This document shows positions 16,753-26,200 of a DNA stretch of 34,929 nt, piece after piece. Under the pieces are notes generated by a model. It had not been told where the DNA came from and searched no databases. It was given only the letters and a program-made list of their open reading frames with translations. Source of the DNA: a virus (taxonomy: Duplodnaviria; Caudoviricetes). How positions within the stretch are numbered: position 1 is the stretch's first letter; every line of letters begins with the position of its first letter. The position numbers were made by a program, and so were the translations under genes. Location of the stretch: IMG/VR virus record IMGVR_UViG_3300029792_000004, positions 1 to 34,929 of that record; one strand, 5' to 3'.

Positions 16753-17406
16753 ATGTGTAATCCAGTTGCTGTCGGTATTGTTACAGGGATTATGAGCGTA
16801 GGTCAGGCTATTGCTGCTAACGCTGCCCAAAATGCAGCGATAGATGCAGCTAATTTAAGTGACCAGTTCCAGTATGAATATAATATGCTCTCTGCATCTA
16901 ATCAGAGGCAGTATGAAGCAAACCAGGAAGCATTAAGAAACGAGCAGATGTTTCAAAATCAAGAGTTAGCATTGATAGCAGAAGCAAATAAGATGAATGA
17001 TGCAAACCAGAAGATAAGACAGTTGCAACAAAAATCAGCACAAGAAACAAGAGAAGCGCAGCTAGAAGCTAAGAGGCAAAAAGGTTCGATACTGGCGACA
17101 GGTAGAGCAGGAGCTAATGTCGCTAATTTACTAGCAGATGTAAACAGAGAGTTAGGTAAATACGATTACTATTCAGATACAAACTTGGCTTTTGCTACAG
17201 GTGGAGTACAGTCGGAGAAAAGAGGATTTATTGCAGAGCGTGCAAGCAGAATTGCAAGTATATCTCCATATCTTAAGAAAACTATCCTCGATCCTATGAA
17301 ACCTGTACCTAGACCTAATGTAAGTCTAAGTCCATTCTCTATAGGTGCTGGCATTATGAGTGGTGTAAATGCTGGTGTTAACTATCAAATTATGAAAAAC
17401 GGCTAA
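16753..17406 (+). CDS. gp14: Internal virion (ejection) protein B, gp14-like
   Basis: MC start, hydrophobic N-terminus, A/Q-rich helical body, size and synteny. Confidence 0.8.
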   Translation: MCNPVAVGIVTGIMSVGQAIAANAAQNAAIDAANLSDQFQYEYNMLSASNQRQYEANQEALRNEQMFQNQELALIAEANKMNDANQKIRQLQQKSAQETREAQLEAKRQKGSILATGRAGANVANLLADVNRELGKYDYYSDTNLAFATGGVQSEKRGFIAERASRIASISPYLKKTILDPMKPVPRPNVSLSPFSIGAGIMSGVNAGVNYQIMKNG

Positions 17407-20267
17407 TGGCAATTTCTCTAGGCAAATCATCAGGCGATAGCAGCCGTAAGACATCAAGAAGATTACTAAGTCAGTATGGTGTTGACGCAACCATTGCTAC
17501 TAAGGGTCTTACTCCTCCAGGACTAAAAGTATCTGCTCCTATTGTCGATACCTACCAGCAAGTAGAGAGGATGAACGCACCTCAAGTACAGCTTGGAAGA
17601 TTTGCTGACATGAGTGTGATGACTGATAACAGCAAAGATTTGCAAAACCTAGCTAACTCACTTGGTCAATTCAGCACACAACTGCAAAACTTTGGTACTT
17701 TGTACGCTAAAAGAGAAAAGCAAATAGATACAAAAGCGAAGGATTACAGTAAAAGCCTTGCGCTACAAAATTTTGGTAGCAAGAAATCCGCTGTAGAAAT
17801 ACTGCAAGATACTAGGGCTGATTTACAAAAAATAGTAGAAGATACTAATGCAACTATTGATGAAAAGAAAGCAGCAGAAAAGAATCTTAATTACATAGAT
17901 TCAAGAAATAACATATTAGTACCGCACTTACAGTCGCAAAACAGAATAGTAAATATACAAGCAAACGCTGCAACTTTATCTAGTAAAGCTGGTGGTGCAA
18001 TGGTAATAAAAAACGGCATCGAAGTACCATTAAGCTCATTAAGACCTGATGACCCTGTTTATCTTGAATGGAGGCAAGATGCGGTGTATGGAGATGGAAG
18101 CGGTGGAGTGATACCTCTTACAGATAAAGAAGGTAAAGAAGTATCTGCTACTGTTTTATCTGCCTACGCAAATGATACAAACAGGCAGGAAAAAGCGGTT
18201 ATTCAATACAACAAAGATGTATATGAAAAGGAATCGTTAGTGCAAGTAGATGGCTATGCAGCAATACATCTTGATAAAAATAATATAGATGATGTAGTAA
18301 AAGGTCTTAACGGAATACTAGATGATTCTCGCTTTATGCAAATATATAGAACAAAAGAAGAAAGAGATAAGTTTATAGAAAAATTAATTACACAATGGAA
18401 ACAAGCGTTATTTATTAGAGGACAAGAAACAGGTGTATTCCTGGAGGCAGATGAAGCATTTGAACCCTGGTTAAAAATAATGACAGGTAAGAAAGAAGAT
18501 AGGTTAATAAAGGATACTGATAAAAATTCTCCTACATTTGAACAAGAAATAATAAACCCAAAATTACTTTGGCATAAAAGTTTTGAACCTGGTTGGGAAG
18601 CTAATACTAAATACAAATACAATACAGAACTTGCTAACGCCAGGAATCAACAAAAAACAACAAAAGTACAGGTGGGTAACAATGCTATAGATAAGATGTT
18701 TACAGAAGAAATATTACCTGAGTTGAAAAAAATAGATGAAATGGCAGGGAAGATAGATGGTGGATTTGCTTCTGACAAAGTACAAACAGAACTAACTAAA
18801 ATAAAACAAACATTTGAAGAAAGAAAAAACGAAATTATATCTGGCGTACCTATTAGATTTCAAGAAGATGTATTAACCTATGCAAACAAAAAGATAGTTA
18901 CAAGTGATGGATTACTGTTTGGACCAGAAAGAAAATTACTATCGACACAATTAGGTAAAGAATATACACAGGTATTTCTTAATCCACAGAAAGCAGTTGC
19001 ATTTAGGGATAAGGTAAACAAACTTATGGAATCAGGTGCAATAGATGTGAATGTTGGTATGAACCTTATTAACAGAACCAATACTATTGTTAGTGAAATA
19101 GCAAAACCAAACCAAGAATTTGCAGCAGACATTATTAAAACAAACTTAGATAAGTTTGCTAGTTCTAAAGGTAAAGGTTATTTCTATTCTTCTGACTCTC
19201 CTGGAGAATCAGAATTTATTTTAGAAGAACAACTAGAACTTAGTAATGCAGAGCAAAAAATGACAGATGGTGCAAATAAAATAATAGAAGAAGGATTAAA
19301 GAATAATAAAAGTACACAAGTTATTAATACAGAACTTACTAAATACTTCCAAGATACTGATTTTGGTTTAGTTAGTAAGTATCAAACTAAAAACTTAGAC
19401 GGAGAAATACCAAAGGCATTTGACTCAATAGATGATTTCAAAAATAGAATGATTGGTGTAGAACAAAAAGGGAAAATTGATAAAAAAGAAGCGACGCAAT
19501 TAGTGACTATGTATAAAAGCGAAATACCTATGTTACCAAAAGAAGATTTAATGAAGTTGTTAGACAGTTGGAATACTGATGGCGTAGAGGGAGTAGATAA
19601 AGATGTTAGAAAAATGCTTAGAGCGTTAAAGAAATACAATAGTGTAACTCCATATCAATTCTTTAATAACCAATTACAAAAGCACGGCATAAGTTTTTCA
19701 GATATGCAAATACAGAATGGAGGAGTAGATGTATTTAATAAAAAATACTCAAAAATAAATACCAACACACCAAAGCCTCCTAGCTTTATACAAAAAATTG
19801 CAATGCTACCTGTCGAGCTATTGCTTGGTGGATCTGTCATGGCAGGAGAAGTTAACAATAATCCATATAACTACATTCCTCCCGAAGGCACACAAACAAT
19901 TCCTAGTATGTTAAAGATTGCACTTACTTCTGATTTTACAGAGGATGAAGCAGTAATTATGGCAGCTATAGGAATGGCAGAATCTAGTGGTAGACCACAC
20001 GCACATAACACAGAAGGAGATGATAACAGCTACGGATTATGGCAGATAAATATGTTAGATCGACCTGGATTTATGATGGGAGAGGAGCGCAGAGGCCAAC
20101 TTGCGTTAGACTCAAATGAGCAGCTGTTCGATCCAATAGTTAATGGTCAGGCAGCTAAGTATATCTATGATATGCAAGGCTTCCGTGCATGGACAGTTTA
20201 CAGAACAGGTGCTTATAAAAAGTACTTACCAGCTGCCCAAGAAGCTCTAAATTTACTATCTAACTAA
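17406..20267 (+). CDS. gp15: Internal virion (ejection) protein C, gp15-like, with a C-terminal lytic transglycosylase domain
   Basis: Synteny. The C-terminal AIGMAESSG...SYGLWQINM...LFDPIVNGQAA...AWTVY segment carries SLT/lysozyme-like motifs, with the catalytic Glu codon at 19980-19982. Confidence 0.8.
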   Translation: MAISLGKSSGDSSRKTSRRLLSQYGVDATIATKGLTPPGLKVSAPIVDTYQQVERMNAPQVQLGRFADMSVMTDNSKDLQNLANSLGQFSTQLQNFGTLYAKREKQIDTKAKDYSKSLALQNFGSKKSAVEILQDTRADLQKIVEDTNATIDEKKAAEKNLNYIDSRNNILVPHLQSQNRIVNIQANAATLSSKAGGAMVIKNGIEVPLSSLRPDDPVYLEWRQDAVYGDGSGGVIPLTDKEGKEVSATVLSAYANDTNRQEKAVIQYNKDVYEKESLVQVDGYAAIHLDKNNIDDVVKGLNGILDDSRFMQIYRTKEERDKFIEKLITQWKQALFIRGQETGVFLEADEAFEPWLKIMTGKKEDRLIKDTDKNSPTFEQEIINPKLLWHKSFEPGWEANTKYKYNTELANARNQQKTTKVQVGNNAIDKMFTEEILPELKKIDEMAGKIDGGFASDKVQTELTKIKQTFEERKNEIISGVPIRFQEDVLTYANKKIVTSDGLLFGPERKLLSTQLGKEYTQVFLNPQKAVAFRDKVNKLMESGAIDVNVGMNLINRTNTIVSEIAKPNQEFAADIIKTNLDKFASSKGKGYFYSSDSPGESEFILEEQLELSNAEQKMTDGANKIIEEGLKNNKSTQVINTELTKYFQDTDFGLVSKYQTKNLDGEIPKAFDSIDDFKNRMIGVEQKGKIDKKEATQLVTMYKSEIPMLPKEDLMKLLDSWNTDGVEGVDKDVRKMLRALKKYNSVTPYQFFNNQLQKHGISFSDMQIQNGGVDVFNKKYSKINTNTPKPPSFIQKIAMLPVELLLGGSVMAGEVNNNPYNYIPPEGTQTIPSMLKIALTSDFTEDEAVIMAAIGMAESSGRPHAHNTEGDDNSYGLWQINMLDRPGFMMGEERRGQLALDSNEQLFDPIVNGQAAKYIYDMQGFRAWTVYRTGAYKKYLPAAQEALNLLSN

Positions 20268-20269
20268 TC

Positions 20270-23200
20270 ATGCCTTTTGAAGAATATAAAGACGAAAACG
20301 GAGAAACTAAAACTCGTTACGTTGCTCCAGAAGGAACAATATCTAAAGAACCAAAGAAAGGTTTCCAGGAGGGTGGAGATTTTGATTTAGGTGCAAGTAT
20401 TGGCAGAACATTTGGACAAGCTGGTAGAGACTTTGTACAAAATTTATATGATTCTGTTTACGATGAAATAGCTACATACGATCCAACAGGCCCAACAGAA
20501 ACTTTTAAAAGTTCAAGAACTATAGATGATATACGAAATGAATATGGTACAGATTTATCTCCTAGAGAATTTAATAAAATATTCAACGAAAGAAGAGAAG
20601 AATTATTCCCTTCGGATCAGCCAGGAGTAATAGGTAAAGCATTTGATATGCAACCTACTTCCTTTGATAGCCCAGATGCAGACATACCCTTTTTAGGTAA
20701 ACCATTTGACAATGTTGCACAGAACAATGCAGAACACATGATTGGTGGGTTGCTGGCTTCGATAGGTCAATTTGCATTAGTTGCTAAAGGATTAAAAGCT
20801 AAAGGTGTCAAAGTTCCGCAAATACCTTTATTTAAAGGAAGAATGAAAACTAAACTTGCAAGCAAAGCACCTGGAGTAAAAGGTTTTTTTGATAGAACAC
20901 AAGGTAGATTTATACGAGGTGCGCAAGAAGGTTGGCTTCCTGGAGCAATAAATGACTTTGCGTTAGAAGATCCTTGGGATGGCAATATGGTTAACTTGCT
21001 TGCTAGTGGTGTGCCTGATGGAAAATTAAAAAATTTATTAAACGAGTTTGCAGTCACAGAAGATGATACGTTAGCAGAAGCAAGATTAAAGAATGGAGTA
21101 GTAGGTACACTTATAGCTGGTCCATTATTAGGAGGTTCACTAGAGCAACTAGGAGGCGGTAAAAGAGAAACCTTAATAATGCTTGACGCTATTGCAGATT
21201 ATTTTACTAAGGGTGCAAAGGTTGCTAAGAAAGGAAATGCAGCGAGAGGCATAAAAAATCCTTTAAAAGAACTTACAGATCAAGAGACAGCAGAAGTAGG
21301 AATTGTAAAACTTACAGGTAGAGAGAAAAAGTCAGCATCAGAACAAGCTGTAGAGATTATCCAGGAGCAAGATAAAATACAAAAAGCAAAAGATTTTCCA
21401 GGTACTAGTGGACAGCAACTTAATACAGATGGCATAGATCAAAGCGAAATAGAATTTAACGATTCATTAAATGAATTAGAGCAAGCTAGAAAAAATTTAG
21501 AAGTAACAGCATCAAGGTCAAAGTTTATAGCTGAGTCGACAGGCGGTATAGATGAAACAAAAAGTTTAGATTTGCAACCTGTACCTAGCTCAGAACTTGC
21601 AACTATTGGAGTAAATGAAATTGCTGTAAATCCACAAAGGTTTCAATTTAAACAAGCAGGGCAAACAAAAACTGGACAAAGCGGATCTTTAGGCGCAATA
21701 ACAAAATATAATACTGATCTGGCTGGTGTTGTAAGTGTATGGAGAGATCCAGCTGACGGCAAAACTTATGTTGTTAATGGGCATAACAGGTTAGCAGCAG
21801 CAAAACGACATCAAATACCAACTGTAAATGTAAGGTATCTTGATGCTCCAGATGCAGCAACTGCAAGAGTAAAAGGTGCTATGCAAAATATTGCAGAAGG
21901 TAATGGCACAGGTGTCGATGCAGCAAAGATAATTAGAGAGACAAAGATGGGCGTAGAGGAAATGGTGCAGCAAGGTATCAGCCCTAGCGGTGTAGTTATG
22001 AAGAAAGCTATACCTTTGTCGAAGCTACCAGCAGGACTATTTGACCAGGTTGCTACAGGAAAACTTACAGAAGATATGGGTGTAGCAATAGGAAGTAGCA
22101 ATGCACCAGATCAAGTAATGTTTGACCTGGCAAAAGCTGCAAAGAAGAAGGGTTGGAGTGCAGCTAAGACAGCAGAAGCTGGATTAATAGCAAGACAGTC
22201 AAGTGTATTTGAAGTAAAAGATCCTAACGCTTTACCTCTTCTTGGCTATGACACACTTATTACATCTAACTTTGAGAAGCAACTTAATGTACGCATTGCA
22301 ATTAGGCAGCAGTTAAGGTCAGAAATAAACGCATTAGGAGTTGCTGCAAATACAAAGAAAGCAGGAACATTAACTGACGCAGGAAATGTTATTGATGTTG
22401 ATGCAAGTAAAGCTGCAAGAGATGAATCGCTCCAGGGAGAAATTGTATTTAACAGACTTGTTGGAACAGAAGGTAAGTTAAGTGATTTAGTTAATGAATT
22501 AATTGCGCAAGTTAAAGGAAATAAAAAAGCTGCTACTGTCGTACAAGCAAACATACAAAAAATAAAATCAGTACTAAAAGAGGAAGCAACACTTGCAACA
22601 ACTAAAAAACAAAACGTACAAAGAGGAAGAGAGAAATTATCAGAAAAAGAATTAGATAATATTTACGGAACAGATCGAGACCAGGGCGACTTAGATCGTA
22701 GGCAGGAAGCTTTGCAGCGAGATGAAGAATTTGCAAGAACAAGCGAAAAAGAACGTATGGATAATTTGGAAATATATAGAGTTGGTTCTGTGTTTGACGA
22801 ATCGGATCAATATTTAGCAACAAGAAAAGCAGAACTAGAAGCGCAAGGCTATCCGTTAACAAAACGGCAAATATCAAATATTAAAAACAAAGCAATAAAA
22901 GGAACTGGTATTAAGCCAGATTTTCCAAATCAAGCTGTTGAGCAAGATTACTATATAAAAACGTACAGAGAGTATGTAAAAAAAGATATAGAGCTACATT
23001 CAACAGAATTTTTAGAAAGCATATATAAAAATGGAGAAGAGATAGGAGATGAAAAACTAGCTCAAGCACAAAAAGAATTAGAGGACATATACGGCAAAGC
23101 TCTTACTGCGCAAAATAATTCAAGGCGTATGGTAGAAAACTTAGAATACAATTTTATTATTGAAGAACAAAAACGTAGAGCAGGAGTAACTAACAACCCT

Positions 23201-26200
23201 ACAGAAATAAATAAAAAGCCAGATACATTTAATGTTAAACAAACAACAGAGACAGTAGCTACAGGCACATCAAACATTGTTAGAGAGCCAGAACTACCTA
23301 AAAGACTGAAAGGAGCTAAGTCCAGGTATCGTCAGATGCGTGTATCTTTTGATAATGACATTGATAAAGCTGTTTATATAGTTACTAAACGACCTAACAG
23401 AAGAACAATCGTAGAGTTTGAAGGTGGTAGTAAAAATAATCCAGACTACATTAAATTTTTAATGGATGATAATGGCTTTACAGAGCAGGATATTATTCGC
23501 ATAGCTGATAGTTTGTATGATGATTTTAAAGCTAACTACAGAGAAGGCGTAGAGTATGTAGCTCAAGCTGGTTACAAGTCACTAGGTTACAAGTCAGGAC
23601 AGCTAAGTTTAGATCCACTTAACGGAATAAACCCAATACATAAGAGATCCTACGGAACACTAGGTAATGACTATACAGGCATGAATATGCTGAACTATAG
23701 AGAGAAGTTTGAGCTATTAGAAGAAATACAAAGAATGGCTGGCAAGGATGTAAACGTACAGTTTGTAGCAGAGCTAGAAGGCACGCTTACTGCTAAACAG
23801 GCAGCTGACTACGGCTTAACAGAAGGCGATACATATAGCGCAGCTGGAGAATTTATTGCTGGTACAAATCCAGCAGATGATTTAATAATGATTTCTATGT
23901 TTAGTAAAGGTGGATATAGAGGTTTTGGTAAGTTACTAAGAACTGCTTTCCACGAATCATTCCATAGAATACAAAAACGATTATTAAGCAAAGCAGATCA
24001 AAAAGCTCTTATAGCAGGAGAAAAGGAGATAAGAGAGTTAGCTGCTAAGACTATGCCAGAGTTTAGAGACAGCATCCTTGATGGCACATTAGGTAGACAG
24101 GAGGTAGAAGCTATAGCATTTAGTGATTGGTATATGCGTAATACTGATTATCCAAAGGCAACTTGGGCAGAACCATTCAAGAAAATTGCACAGATTATTG
24201 AACGCACAGGTAACTTCTTAAAAGGTAGAGGCTATCAAACTTGGGATGATGTATTTGAAAGATCAATGCGTGGAGAGACAGCAGAACAGGCTGTAGCAAG
24301 TGACCTTATTGCACCAGCCACACAACTTGCTATTGATCCTCCAGATGCAGATAAACTTGCTAACGAAATAAAGAAAAATATAGAAGCAATAAATAACGGA
24401 GATATGAGCATAGAAGAAGCTCTTAAAAATCAGGCAGCAGATGAACCTAGAAGGTTAATTAGTCGCAGCGGTAAAACACAATATGTAGAGACACCTAGCG
24501 AACAATTAGCTGCGTCTTACAAAGCATTTAACGATTTAATATATAACCTTACATTTGACAGAGCAGAAGCTACAGGCATAGCAAATCTTGATAAAGCTAT
24601 GTTGTTTAATCAAGCTGTAGATAAGTTAAGAATGGATGGTGGAGATTCAGATGCAATAATATCAAGCGTAGAAAGAGCATTAAAAGGAGATCCAAGATCA
24701 GCAGATGATTTAATTGCTATAGCTACATTGCAACTGCAAACAGATATTGTAAGAAACAAGACAGGAATACAAAGCCAGGCATACTTATCTGCTCCTGAGT
24801 CGGAGAAAGGTGTTGAATTGCAAAGATTAAAAGCAATGCTAGGAGAGCAACTAAAACTAGATGTTGCGTATATGAGTGTAATGAGAAAGACAGGTCAAAG
24901 ATTAAGTATGGGTAAGCTAATGTTTAGGGCAGATGATGTAGATTTATCTGATTTACCTAGCGAAGTAACTCTTAGAAAAGGTACATCTAACGAAGCTGGT
25001 GCAAAAGTATTACAAGATGGCTTTGACGTTACCCAGGAGACAGGTGCTATGGGTCAAGCTGTTTACTTTACTACTGACGAAAACAGTATAAAAGTAATGG
25101 ATGGTTACGATAACGCAGAAATATATGGCGATTTAATTAACGACATAAAAATATTAGACCTATCTGCAATGAATAAAAGGTTAACTGATCTAGTAACTGA
25201 CTTAGGATTAGGCAAGGTAAAGAAAACTAAGAACGGATTAGAGTTAAATCCTGCACAAATAGAAGGTATAAAAGCGTACTTAGCAGATAGAGGTTACGCA
25301 GGAATAAGGTACGAACCTAGAGATACTGGTCGCCCTAATGCACCAGCTGACGAAATAGCTATCTTTGACAATAATTCTGCTAACAGAATAGTAGGATCTG
25401 ACGCAAGCGTACCTCCTAGCGCAACTCCAGAAGCACCAAAAAGAACTTTATTAGAGCAAGCTATTGCAAAATCAGAGGATTTGTTAAACGATAAGTTAGA
25501 TCCGAAGTTACTAGATGCTATAGAAAGCGGAGAGCTAACGCAGGAAGCAATAGAACTTGGAGATGTCATGGTAGCTATCTCTAACTATTCGCAAAAAAAT
25601 AGAGGATTCAACAAGCACATATCCGATTTAATAGAACAAACTCCTAAAGGTGGACTGACACAAAGAAGGTTACTTAACTTCTATCGAGGAGCAATATTAC
25701 TGTCAGGAGAAACTACATGGAAAATGATGATAGGTGGTTTATATAGAGCAGCTACATTGCCTGTCATACAAACTATGGGAGGCTTTACCAGAGGCGTAGG
25801 TCAATCTATAACAGGAAATAAAGCAGAGGCATATAAGAGTTTTAGAAGAGCAAGATTAGGAGCAATGATATATGGACAGTATTACCAAAACTTAGGTAAC
25901 GCTTTCCGTTTAATGGGCGCAACATTAATGGAAAACGAAACTTTTGGTAACTTAGGTGTAGATCAGATGCAGTTAAGAACTAATAGCAGATTTAATCCTA
26001 CTGACCAACTTAGCCTGGGAAGCGATGAAGTACAGGTAAGCAAGAAAAGTGATATATGGCACGCAGATCCAAACAATAAAAACTTTTTTGCTAATGCTGC
26101 ATTAAGAGTTTTAAGTGCTGTACCTAAAGCTACAGGTCGTTTAGCTGGTGGTGTAGATACATTTATGAGTTCATTAGTTGGACCAAGTATGGAATATGTC

